Shown here one piece after another: positions 37,118 through 46,987 of a DNA stretch of 64,000 bases. The notes beneath the pieces were generated by a model. The model was not told the DNA's origin. It did not search any database and saw only the letters and a program-made list of their open reading frames with translations. Source of the DNA: Ezakiella sp. (GTDB lineage Bacteria > Bacillota > Clostridia > Tissierellales > Peptoniphilaceae); the NCBI GenBank assembly GCA_022778715.1, contig JALFRW010000033.1:19465-83464 (forward strand). The letters are read 5' to 3'. The position numbers and the translations under genes were made by a program. The first letter of the stretch is position 1, and every line of letters begins with the position of its first letter.

Positions 37118-38866
37118 TTAATTATTATCTCTAAAATATTTGGCCTGTGCATCGTAAAGCTCGGCATATAATTTATTTTTAGTAAGCATTTCTTTATGCG
37201 GCAAGAAGTTTTCTACCTCACCCATATTTAAAAGCAAAACCTTGTCAGACAATGAACACGTGCTCATTCTGTGAGTGATAAAAATTACGGTTTTATTTTT
37301 CGTAATTTCATCGAATTTTTTAATAATTTGGCTTTCTGCTATTGGATCGAGAGCAGAAGTCGGTTCATCAAATATCATAATAGGGCTTGTTTTATACATT
37401 GCTCTAACCATTGCCAATTTTTGAAATTGCCCACCTGAAAATGAGGTTGCATCCGGGTACAAAGCTTTATTTATGTGAGTATCAAGTTCATTGTTAAGAG
37501 CTGAGATTTTATCTTCCAATCCAACTTCTTCTATATATTTCAAGATCCTATTTTTATCATATTCTTTTTTTAGGGAAATATTTTCACCAATTGTAAAAGG
37601 GAAAAAAGAAAAATCTTGAAAAATAGTGGATATTAGATTTAGATAGACATCTTTACTATATTCATTGATATTTATATCATTTATTAAGATTTCACCCTCA
37701 TCCGGAATATAAAATCTGCAAATAAGTTTAACTATCGTAGATTTGCCCGATAAATTTGGACCTACTATTGAAATTCTTTCATTTTTATTTATTTTAAAAT
37801 TTACATTTTTGAGTGTTTTTCTGTTGTTACCGGGATATGTGAAGCTGACATTTTTAAATTCCAGCGAATCAAAACTCATATCAATTGAACTATTTGTATT
37901 TGTGGTAATATCTTCATTTAAATTCAAAAAATCATTAACAGGCTGAAACTGTTTACATTCTTCTTTAAGCTCCGCACAAGACACGACCATATCGGAAATG
38001 GAATCTACCGCACGAGGGATAAGCATAACAATTAAAGTGAACAATTCTACATTAAAATTTTTTCCGCCTAAAACAAAAGCACTGAACATTATTATAATCG
38101 TATTTAAACCTTTTAAAAATGCAATCAGCTCGTCATATTTTAATATTTTATTTTGCTTGGCAAGTTCAATTTCTTTTTCGTTTTTGGTTAAACGGGAAAT
38201 ATTTTTTTGCATGAGATTATTGAATTTGAAAATTCTAAAATCCATTTGATGAATCGGCATAATTGCTTCTTTTATAAAATAAACCGTTTTCCAACTGTTT
38301 TGAACGGAAGCTAAAGCAAATTCACCTTCAATTTTCCCCCTTTTTATAGAAAGAAACACTACCGGACTTAAAATCAAGATATAAATGAGCATCAAATAGT
38401 AATTAGAGATGTTTAAAATAAAAATGGTGGAAATAAATATTAAAAAAGAATTTGCAAATTTTTTCAGATTTGAAAAAATATTAGAAAGTATATTCATGTT
38501 AAAAAGTGCATGTTCAGCTTTTTGCCTTAACATATTAGTTTTCATATCTTCTACCATAAAATATGGCAAACGAATCGATTTTAAAGCAAATTTATTTTTA
38601 AAAACGGTCAAAATTGTTTTGGACAACTTTTCATTATTTTTTTCCAAATAATCATTTAAAAAAAGACTCAATCCTAATGCAAAACAAAAGTATAATAATA
38701 TATATGGATTTTTATAAGCACCCGTACTAAATTTAATAATAATCACAGGCACAAATGCAAACAAGATTATATTGAGAGTTTTTAAGATATGTTGCAAAAA
38801 AGAAAGATACACAAAGCTTGGTTTAATTTTTGAAATTTGATTTAAAATGATTTTTATCTGTTTCAT
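37118..38866 (-). CDS. ABC exporter, fused permease/ATPase (heterodimer partner 2)
   Basis: Walker A GPNLSGKST, signature FSGGQFQK and Walker B IMIFDEPTSALD. Confidence 0.9.
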   Translation of the reverse strand: MKQIKIILNQISKIKPSFVYLSFLQHILKTLNIILFAFVPVIIIKFSTGAYKNPYILLYFCFALGLSLFLNDYLEKNNEKLSKTILTVFKNKFALKSIRLPYFMVEDMKTNMLRQKAEHALFNMNILSNIFSNLKKFANSFLIFISTIFILNISNYYLMLIYILILSPVVFLSIKRGKIEGEFALASVQNSWKTVYFIKEAIMPIHQMDFRIFKFNNLMQKNISRLTKNEKEIELAKQNKILKYDELIAFLKGLNTIIIMFSAFVLGGKNFNVELFTLIVMLIPRAVDSISDMVVSCAELKEECKQFQPVNDFLNLNEDITTNTNSSIDMSFDSLEFKNVSFTYPGNNRKTLKNVNFKINKNERISIVGPNLSGKSTIVKLICRFYIPDEGEILINDININEYSKDVYLNLISTIFQDFSFFPFTIGENISLKKEYDKNRILKYIEEVGLEDKISALNNELDTHINKALYPDATSFSGGQFQKLAMVRAMYKTSPIMIFDEPTSALDPIAESQIIKKFDEITKNKTVIFITHRMSTCSLSDKVLLLNMGEVENFLPHKEMLTKNKLYAELYDAQAKYFRDNN

Positions 38867-40599
38867 AACTCACCCTCAAATTTATAATAATATGCTTGCT
38901 CATCATACATTTTTCTATAGATACCGTTTTTTTCCATAAGCTCATTATGGCTGCCGATTTCTTCAATAAAACCGTCGTTTAAAACTAAAATTTTGTCTAA
39001 AAACTTAACGCTGGCAAGTCGGTGAGTGATAAAAATTGAAGTTTTATCTTTTAAAATTGTATCGAGTTTTAAATATAATTTTTCTTCGGATAAAGAATCA
39101 AGTGCCGCAGTCGGCTCATCTAAAATAACTATCGGGCGGCTTTTGTGATAAATTATTCTTGCAATTGCAAGTTTTTGATTTCCGCCACCGGAAAATACAA
39201 ATCCATTTGGATCCAAAATTTTTGAAATTGAAGTATCAATTCCATTATCCAAGCTACTAACCAATTTATACAAACCAACTTCTTTTAAAGCGTTAACAAT
39301 AAGTTCACGATTTTGATTCTCTTTTTCTTCACAACTTACAAGTTCGGCAATAGTGAGAGCAAGCGGTTCAACATTTTGAAACATCGGTGCAAATAGTTTT
39401 GCCAATACATCATAGGAGTAGTTTTTAACATTGTAGTCATCAATTAAAATTTCTCCGCTTGTGGGCTTATAAAAACCAAGCAACAGCTTAACAATTGTGG
39501 ATTTACCGGCACCATTTATACCGAGCAAAGCAATATGTTCTCCTTTTTTTATCGTAAAAGACAAATTTTTTAATATTGGCTTATCGGAGCCGGGATATGA
39601 AAAATTCACATTTTTAAATTCTATTTTATTATTAAAAACAGGAAAATCTGTTGAGCAATTATTAAATTCGGTAATTTCCATAAAATTTTTAAACATTTCA
39701 TATCTAAGCTTTTCTTCGTGGTATGAAATGGCACTTTTAAGAATAATCGAAACAGAAATACTAAACAAACTTATCAAACTGCCAATCATAATAATATCGT
39801 TTATAGATTCGGTCTTTAAAGTATTTATAATCACAAAAATAGAAGTCGCCGTAATAATTGCTAAAAACAAATTGCAAATATTTTCAATTTTATAATAATT
39901 ATTTAAGAATTTTTCATAATCATTTTTCGTTTCATTTTGATAAATTTCATATAAATTATCTGCATTAAATAGACGGATATCTTTTGCATTTTTGATATCT
40001 GTTGCAAAATTCGAGTAGTTGGTAATTTTAAATTCCAGTTTAGATAAGTCATCTTTATAGATTGATTTTTTCTTATTTACAATAACAATGAAAAAAATTT
40101 CGGAAACAAGAATGAATAAAAATGCAAGAGCAATTTTGTAATTTACACGCAAAGAAGTGCCAAAAATAAAAATAATAAACACAAAGTTCGATCCAATTAA
40201 CATTAAAGATTTAAATGCTTTTTCGAAACCGGTATAATAACCGGATACAAAAATATTTGAAGCTTTCCCTTTTGACATAATATTTGCATTTTCAAAAAAG
40301 GCGTACGGCATACTCATACAGCGATATATGTATTTTTTGAAATAATCATCGCGCAGATTGCTAAAACGCAAAATATTTTTCTTTTTAATAAAATAATTAA
40401 TAGCGAAAAGAAGAATATAGCTAATAGCGCAGATTGAGAAAAATTTGACTCTGCCGAAATTTTCAATTTTTTCATTATACATTAATATGTATAAAATTAT
40501 AAATATGCTGAAAAATTTCAAAATGGATTCTATTAAAAAGCTAAGAATTAATAAACATTTTTCAGCGAATTTTAATTTGGATAATATTTCTTTAAACAT
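38863..40599 (-). CDS. ABC exporter, fused permease/ATPase (heterodimer partner 1)
   Basis: GINGAGKST, FSGGGNQK and IVILDEPTAALD. AAGGAG RBS 5 nt before the ATG at 40599. Confidence 0.9.
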   Translation of the reverse strand: MFKEILSKLKFAEKCLLILSFLIESILKFFSIFIILYILMYNEKIENFGRVKFFSICAISYILLFAINYFIKKKNILRFSNLRDDYFKKYIYRCMSMPYAFFENANIMSKGKASNIFVSGYYTGFEKAFKSLMLIGSNFVFIIFIFGTSLRVNYKIALAFLFILVSEIFFIVIVNKKKSIYKDDLSKLEFKITNYSNFATDIKNAKDIRLFNADNLYEIYQNETKNDYEKFLNNYYKIENICNLFLAIITATSIFVIINTLKTESINDIIMIGSLISLFSISVSIILKSAISYHEEKLRYEMFKNFMEITEFNNCSTDFPVFNNKIEFKNVNFSYPGSDKPILKNLSFTIKKGEHIALLGINGAGKSTIVKLLLGFYKPTSGEILIDDYNVKNYSYDVLAKLFAPMFQNVEPLALTIAELVSCEEKENQNRELIVNALKEVGLYKLVSSLDNGIDTSISKILDPNGFVFSGGGNQKLAIARIIYHKSRPIVILDEPTAALDSLSEEKLYLKLDTILKDKTSIFITHRLASVKFLDKILVLNDGFIEEIGSHNELMEKNGIYRKMYDEQAYYYKFEGEL

Positions 40600-41223
40600 A
40601 GGTACTCCTTGTTTTATATATAACTTTTTGTAAATAATAAAGTAATTTAAATTACAGGAATTTGTCAAATGATAATATATTCTATTAATTTTTGAATAAT
40701 TATTAATAAAAAGTTTTTCCGAGTTATTGGATATGTAACCGCCGGTTATCAATGGATTTAGCAATTCAGCTTGTTTCTACTAATAGAATACAATATTTTT
40801 AACAAAAGATCAACAAAAAACATATTATATAATCAAAAATTATTTTTATATCCGTTTATAATATTGTGTAAATTAATAGCGATATATTATCTATAATTTG
40901 GACTAAGTGTCCTATAATTGTTTATGGTAATTAATATTTACTCTATTAACCAATTTTCGATTCAAATTTTAAAATGGTCTTTTACCTGTTCTCATACACT
41001 TATGTCTTTGTTAAATCTTTCGAAACATACAGTCAATATACTTTGGTACATACCGGCATAGATGGAATTAAAATTTATTAATTTCTTTCGTATTTTTTAA
41101 AAAATTCAAAGGTAATACAAACTTTTTCAGGTCAATATTTATTATCCATATCCTTTTTTTGTTGATATTATAATATATACAAATGTTAGAATATGTAGTA
41201 TAATATAAAGCTGGAGGGATAAT

Positions 41224-42339
41224 ATGAATAAAAAATTATCAATATTATTAGCTTTAGTAATGAGTATTGTTTTTGTGTTTACAGCTTGTTCCAAGAAAGA
41301 CGACAAGCCGGCAGAAACAGCACCTGTTACCGAAGAAAACAAAGAAACTTCAGAAGAAAAAACTGAAGAAACGGAAGAAAAAGAAGAAGTTAAAAACTTC
41401 GAAGGTAAAACTTTGAACGTTGTTGCAACAAGCGATTCTTATGTACCGCTATTTGACAAGTTTACAGAACAAACCGGCGCAAAAGTTGAATTCCTGTCAA
41501 TGTCAAGCGGAGAAGTTATTGCTCGTACAAAGGCAGAAGGTAAACCAATGGCCGATTTATGGTTTGGAGGCGGACTGGACGCATTTATGGCAGCTCGCGA
41601 TGACGGTCTTCTTGAAAACTATACTTCAGAAATGACCCAAAAAGTTCCTGCTGAATACAAAGACGCTAACGGAGCATATATTGCAAAGGGTATTACAGTT
41701 GTCGGCTTCTTGGTAAATGACAAGATGCTTGCAGAAAAAAATCTTCCGGTTCCAAAGACATGGAAAGATTTAGCAGATCCTCAATATGAACATATGATCA
41801 TTATGAGCAATCCTGCAATTTCCGGTACAAATTACGCTGCTCTTAAAGGACTTCTTGACATATACGGCGAAGAAGAAGGATGGGATTTGTTTGAAAAGAT
41901 TAACAACAACATCGATTTTTATTCAAAGAGAGGTAAGGATCCTCAAGAAAAGACAGTTCAAGGCGAATTTGCAATAGGAATTATTCCTGCTGACAAAAAA
42001 GCTTTTGATGCAGCAACTGATAACGAATTGACAGTTGTATATCCGGAAGACGGCATTTGCTGGGTTCCGGAAGGAGTTGCAATCTTTAAAGGTTCAGAAA
42101 ATGCAGAAATAGCAAAAGCATTCATCGATTTTATGCTGACTGAAGATGCACAAAAGATGATTGCTGAAATTGATGGAAAAGATTCACATCAATTAATCGT
42201 TCCCGGAATTGAAGGTTTCGATCTCGGTCTGCCTGCAGAAAATCTGGCAAAAGAAGATTTGTCCACTTTTGGTAGCGATAGAGAAAAAGTTTTAGAAAAA
42301 TTTACTGAAATCTCAGCAGGTAAAACTGAAGATAAATAG
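41224..42339 (+). CDS. ABC importer substrate-binding lipoprotein (Fe3+/polyamine-type family 1)
   Basis: Lipobox FTAC followed by an E/K-rich linker, then a family-1 SBP pattern. Confidence 0.8.
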   Translation: MNKKLSILLALVMSIVFVFTACSKKDDKPAETAPVTEENKETSEEKTEETEEKEEVKNFEGKTLNVVATSDSYVPLFDKFTEQTGAKVEFLSMSSGEVIARTKAEGKPMADLWFGGGLDAFMAARDDGLLENYTSEMTQKVPAEYKDANGAYIAKGITVVGFLVNDKMLAEKNLPVPKTWKDLADPQYEHMIIMSNPAISGTNYAALKGLLDIYGEEEGWDLFEKINNNIDFYSKRGKDPQEKTVQGEFAIGIIPADKKAFDAATDNELTVVYPEDGICWVPEGVAIFKGSENAEIAKAFIDFMLTEDAQKMIAEIDGKDSHQLIVPGIEGFDLGLPAENLAKEDLSTFGSDREKVLEKFTEISAGKTEDK

Positions 42340-42404
42340 GACGGTGAGCCTTAGGTGATGTACATAATTACATCACCTTACATATTGTTGTAAAAGGAGC
42401 AGGT

Positions 42405-44045
42405 ATGAACGGTTTTAAATTTTCAAAATTTACAGAAAAGTTTATTTCTATTTTGCTTGCTATTTTAGTTATAATTTTCATACTGTTGCCGTTTGTTTCA
42501 GTTTTTAAAGAGAGCTTTTTTGTGAACGGAAAATTCAGTTTGGAATATTATAGGGATATTTTATCGAACAGGAAGTTAATTGTAAACACTTTTAAAACGG
42601 GTTTTTACGCCACTTTTTTTGCAACTTTCGCAGCTGTAATTGTGGCATGTTATTATTTTTTGGCAAATAAAAAGATTAAAAATATAATCACGATTATCCT
42701 TTCAATCACACTTATCAGTCCGCCTTTTGTTTCGAGCCTCAGCTATATCACGCTTTTTGGCAGACGCGGATTTATCACATATAAACTTTTGGGGCTTAGC
42801 GTAAATCCGTACGGTATGTGGGGAATTGTCTTTATGCAAACACTCTCGGATTTGTCACTAAATGCACTCATTTTAATCGGCGCGCTTAAAACGCTTGACA
42901 GGAACGTTATAAACTCGGCTTCAAGCCTGGGAGCAAACACGAACCGAATTATATTGGATGTAATTATTCCGGCGATGAAAAACCAAATTATCGCCGTGGT
43001 TTTGCTTGAGTTTTTTAGGTCAATTTCAGACTTTGGAACGCCTGCAATTATAGGCGGAAACTTCAGTGTACTGTCACTGGAGAGTTATTTTGAAATAATT
43101 GCAAATGGCAATCTCTCAAAAGCGGCTGCGATGAACGTTATAATTTTGGTTCCGGCACTTGTGGTTTATCTGTTTTTGTCGGGCTCGCTCAAGACCGGAA
43201 TTACAATGGACAGCTTTTCAAAGACAGAGGAAGTTGAAATAAAAAGAAACGGGATTTTATATTATTTGATTTCAATTTTTGCAATATTTTTTATTATACT
43301 CATTACATCAATTTATCTTTCAATTTTGTTAAATGCATTCACAAAAATGAAGCTCGGCAAGCTTATTTTTACGCTCGACAATTTCAGAACCACAAATATG
43401 TTTGCAAAGAGCATTGTTTGGCGTTCCGTTTCCTACAGTTTAATTTCGGCGATTGGCGGGACGCTTATCGGATTACTGATTGCATATTATCTGATTATAA
43501 AAAAGAGCAGAATGATGAAATTTGTGGACATGGTTTCAAATTTGCCATATATTATACCGGGTACTTTTTTTGGACTTGGCTATCTCCTGTTTTTTCGCTC
43601 ACCGCCGATTGCAATCACCGGGACTGCTGCAATTGTAGTGCTTAATGTACTGTTTAAACAGTTGCCGTTTTCCACCAGAGCATTAAACGCGCAAATGACC
43701 GACATAGACAGTAACGTGTTAAATTCAATTAAAGATTTGGGCGGCGGATTTAAAGATGAGATCGTGGATGGAATAATTCCAATGACTAAAAATGCTATTA
43801 TGATTTCACTTATAAATGCATTTACAAAGACAATGACCACGGTCGGCACGATTATTTTTCTGGTTTATCCGGGAAGAAAACTTATGACTCTCGTGATGTT
43901 TGACGTTATTCAAAGCGGAAAGTACGGCGAAGGTTCTGTGCTCGCGTTTTATATAATTTTAATTTGTTTGGCGTTTAATATATTTTTGAGATTTTTAATG
44001 AACAGAGATTTTAGAAAGAGGGACCGAAGTGTTTTTAGAGGTTAA
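42405..44045 (+). CDS. ABC importer permease with duplicated TMD (FbpB-like)
   Basis: 546 aa with two repeated permease halves. Confidence 0.85.
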   Translation: MNGFKFSKFTEKFISILLAILVIIFILLPFVSVFKESFFVNGKFSLEYYRDILSNRKLIVNTFKTGFYATFFATFAAVIVACYYFLANKKIKNIITIILSITLISPPFVSSLSYITLFGRRGFITYKLLGLSVNPYGMWGIVFMQTLSDLSLNALILIGALKTLDRNVINSASSLGANTNRIILDVIIPAMKNQIIAVVLLEFFRSISDFGTPAIIGGNFSVLSLESYFEIIANGNLSKAAAMNVIILVPALVVYLFLSGSLKTGITMDSFSKTEEVEIKRNGILYYLISIFAIFFIILITSIYLSILLNAFTKMKLGKLIFTLDNFRTTNMFAKSIVWRSVSYSLISAIGGTLIGLLIAYYLIIKKSRMMKFVDMVSNLPYIIPGTFFGLGYLLFFRSPPIAITGTAAIVVLNVLFKQLPFSTRALNAQMTDIDSNVLNSIKDLGGGFKDEIVDGIIPMTKNAIMISLINAFTKTMTTVGTIIFLVYPGRKLMTLVMFDVIQSGKYGEGSVLAFYIILICLAFNIFLRFLMNRDFRKRDRSVFRG

Positions 44046-44991
44046 TAGATTATATAAAAAATATGGCGATTTTTACGCCATACAGGATATTAATTTTTCG
44101 CTTGAAAAAGGCAAATTTTTGTGCCTGCTGGGTCCGTCGGGTTCGGGCAAGAGTACGATTTTGCACTCAATTGGCGGATTTATAAAAACTGATGGAGAGA
44201 TTTTGTTAAACGGGGAGGACATCACGAACAAATCGCCGGATGAAAGAGATGTAGCGACTGTGTTTCAAAGTTTTGGATTGTTTCCGCACATGAGCGTGTT
44301 AAAAAATGTGGAGTACGGATTAAAGTTTAAACAAAAAGAACTCACAAAAAAAGAACGCACAAAAACCGCGATGGACATGATTGAAGTTGTAGGATTAAAT
44401 GGGTATGAAGACCGTTATCCTTCTGAACTTTCCGGCGGTCAAAAGCAAAGAGTGGCACTTGCAAGAAGTCTTGTGGTTAAACCTAAGCTGCTTTTAATGG
44501 ATGAGCCACTTAGCAGTCTTGATGCGAAATTGCGTCAAGAAATGCAAATCGAAATTAGAAAAATTCAAAAGGAATTTAATATAACGACGATTTTTGTAAC
44601 TCACGATCAAAAAGAAGCATTTGTGATGGCGGATGAGATTATAATTTTAAATGAAGGTGAAATTGTGGCAAAAGGGACGCCACAAGAGCTCTACGATCAT
44701 CCAACAAACGATTTTACGCTGAATTTTTTGGGACAAAAAAATGTGTCGGGCAAGTTTTATTTAAGGCCGGAGAATATTGCAGAGTCGGCAGATGGTGAAG
44801 ATTTTACGATTACGGATATAACTTTTTTTGGAGAAACGATTGAACTTATGATAAAAAATGACAAACACGCACTCTGCATGCTCGCATTAAACAACGGAAA
44901 GAAATACGAAATTGGAGACAATATAAAAGCGGTTTATAAATGGGAGGAAATTGATGAAGATTTTACACGTGCTGACACAGTTGCCCGCTAA
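44029..44991 (+). CDS. ABC importer ATP-binding protein
   Basis: GPSGSGKST, LSGGQKQRVALAR and LLLMDEPLSSLD. Confidence 0.9.
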   Translation: MFLEVNRLYKKYGDFYAIQDINFSLEKGKFLCLLGPSGSGKSTILHSIGGFIKTDGEILLNGEDITNKSPDERDVATVFQSFGLFPHMSVLKNVEYGLKFKQKELTKKERTKTAMDMIEVVGLNGYEDRYPSELSGGQKQRVALARSLVVKPKLLLMDEPLSSLDAKLRQEMQIEIRKIQKEFNITTIFVTHDQKEAFVMADEIIILNEGEIVAKGTPQELYDHPTNDFTLNFLGQKNVSGKFYLRPENIAESADGEDFTITDITFFGETIELMIKNDKHALCMLALNNGKKYEIGDNIKAVYKWEEIDEDFTRADTVAR

Positions 44992-46177
44992 AACGGGGAG
45001 CGGAGTATATTTTACAAATTTAATAGAAAGTTTGAATTTAATTGGCGTGGAAAACGCTGCAATTTATGGTATGGAAGAAAGGTACAGGAGTTTGCTTGCC
45101 GTGAATGCGGAAAAAATTTTGGAAGTTCAATATGATAGTGAAGAAATTCCATTCCATATATGCGGTATGAGCGACATCATGCCATATGATTCTACGATTT
45201 ATTCTCACATGACTGAAGACGGGTTAGACATCCTTACCGGCGCATTTAGGAAAAGGCTCATCCAAATGAAAGAAGAATTTAATCCTGACATTGTGATAAG
45301 TCACCATTTGTTTTTAATTACAGATTTAGTGCGTGAAGTGTTTAAAGACAGAAAAGTGGTCGGCATTTGCCACGGCACCGATATTAGACAAGTGAAACAA
45401 CATGAAAAATTTTTGGCACGCTTAAAAAATATTCATAACCTGGATAAAGTTTTAACTGTAACCCCGGCGGAGCATGAGGATATTGTAAATTTGTTTGGAA
45501 TTGAACGCGAAAAGATACATCTTGTGGGCGGAGGATATGACGGAAACATTTTTTATCCGGATACCAAGCAAAAAAAAGATGATATAATTAGAATTATGTA
45601 TGCAGGGAAAATTGTGGAATCAAAAGGTGTGTTTGCACTTGCGGCTACGCTTCCGATTATTGAAAAAAAACATCCGAATGTGCAAATTCATATTGTGGGC
45701 AAGAGCAAAAAAGAGGACAGAGATAGATTAAACTCGCTTGCCAACAACTCGGATAAGCTTTGGATCTACAACGCGGAAAACCAAAAAATTATGGCGGACC
45801 ATTTAAGAGATGCGGATATTTTTGTACTGCCCAGTTATTTTGAAGCGCTTGGGCTTATCGCAGTGGAAGCGCTTGCTTGTCACAAACTCGTGGTGGCATC
45901 TGAAATTGACGGACTAAAAAAGCTGTTGGGCGAAGAGCTCGTGAGTTCACATATAATCGAGTTTACAAAGCTGCCGAGACTTTACGATGTGGATAAGCCG
46001 GTGGCAGAAGATGTGGACGCTTACGTGGAACGCCTTGCAGAAAATATAACTTTGCAAATTGGCAGACTCGGGGAAAATATTTTCACGGAAAAGATTGCGC
46101 GTGAAATTGACGAAATATCCTGGAAAAACATAGGAAAGAAAATTTTTGGTATTATACACGATCAGCCCATCATTTGA
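44954..46177 (+). CDS. GT4-family glycosyltransferase
   Basis: MKILHVL...GSGVY N-terminus and the EALGLIAVEALAC (E-x7-E) motif. GGAGG RBS 6 nt before the ATG. Confidence 0.85.
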   Translation: MKILHVLTQLPAKTGSGVYFTNLIESLNLIGVENAAIYGMEERYRSLLAVNAEKILEVQYDSEEIPFHICGMSDIMPYDSTIYSHMTEDGLDILTGAFRKRLIQMKEEFNPDIVISHHLFLITDLVREVFKDRKVVGICHGTDIRQVKQHEKFLARLKNIHNLDKVLTVTPAEHEDIVNLFGIEREKIHLVGGGYDGNIFYPDTKQKKDDIIRIMYAGKIVESKGVFALAATLPIIEKKHPNVQIHIVGKSKKEDRDRLNSLANNSDKLWIYNAENQKIMADHLRDADIFVLPSYFEALGLIAVEALACHKLVVASEIDGLKKLLGEELVSSHIIEFTKLPRLYDVDKPVAEDVDAYVERLAENITLQIGRLGENIFTEKIAREIDEISWKNIGKKIFGIIHDQPII

Positions 46178-46213
46178 TGGGTTTTTGATTACAAAAAAAG
46201 AAGGGCGTCCCTC

Positions 46214-46810
46214 TTAAAGTATATAATTGGTTTTGTCTTCGGAAAAAGCAGTGATTGAAGCTTTTATGGAAGATTTAATAACGAGGTCTAAATAGTGGAC
46301 CGTTTTTTCGTGTTTTATATTTTTGGGTTCGCCGAGATAATCAAAAATCATATTTAGCGCAGCACCTGTGTACATTCTAATTAAAAAATTTCTGAAGTCA
46401 TTAGTTATAACGTGGTTTAGTTCGGATTCAATCGAATATACCAGTTTTTTTACAATCTCGTATAAATCGTCATAGAAAAATTTTTTAAAACCTTCCCTGC
46501 CAATTGAATCATAAGCACACATCAAAATATCGTCGTTACTTTCTATATAGTCCATCAAAAAAAGCAGTGCCTCTTTGTAGTCGTCTGATTTTTCAAAATT
46601 ATTTATCACGTGGACGGCTTCTTCTTCGATTGTCCATTTTAAGAGTTCGTTTATATCTTGAAAGTGGTAATAAAAAGTTTTTCTATTCAAATTCGCTTTT
46701 TTCACGAGTTCCGAGACGGAAATTTTGCTTAAATCTTTTTGTTTCATCAATTCTTTTAGTGTCGCGGACATTTTTCTTTTGGTATTATAGGAAATTTCTT
46801 CATTTTTCAT
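46214..46810 (-). CDS. TetR-family transcriptional regulator
   Basis: HTH ISVSELVKKANLNRKTFYYHF. Probable start at the internal ATG at 46810. Confidence 0.85.
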   Translation of the reverse strand: MKNEEISYNTKRKMSATLKELMKQKDLSKISVSELVKKANLNRKTFYYHFQDINELLKWTIEEEAVHVINNFEKSDDYKEALLFLMDYIESNDDILMCAYDSIGREGFKKFFYDDLYEIVKKLVYSIESELNHVITNDFRNFLIRMYTGAALNMIFDYLGEPKNIKHEKTVHYLDLVIKSSIKASITAFSEDKTNYIL

Positions 46811-46987
46811 AACATCACCATATACATTATAATAAAATCTCGCTGGATTTTCAATAATTTTTAACAAATTGACCATCAAATGTGTAAAATATGTCCCTTT
46901 TTACTCATATCGGTATAATTTGACCATATTATCTCTGTTAGAAGTGGGTAAAATAGTAACTACACAATATGAAAGGGATGATTAATT

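Noticed and set aside
39497-39895. 132-aa plus-strand ORF inside the ABC exporter gene. Similar ones lie at 37743-38651.
   Set aside because: They are antisense to genes with canonical Walker and signature motifs, an AT-rich codon-complement artefact.
40600-40764. 55-aa N-terminal extension of the ABC exporter ORF
   Set aside because: No RBS is present. The internal ATG at 40599 has AAGGAG 5 nt upstream and yields a typical length.
41142-41342. 66-aa minus-strand ORF overlapping the SBP gene start
   Set aside because: It is antisense to the signal-peptide region of a well-supported lipoprotein gene.
44954-44991. 38-nt overlap between the ABC ATPase 3' end and the glycosyltransferase start, considered as a possible frameshift or fusion
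   Set aside because: The glycosyltransferase has its own GGAGG RBS and a typical MKILHV N-terminus, and the ATPase is already full length. This is an ordinary overlap.
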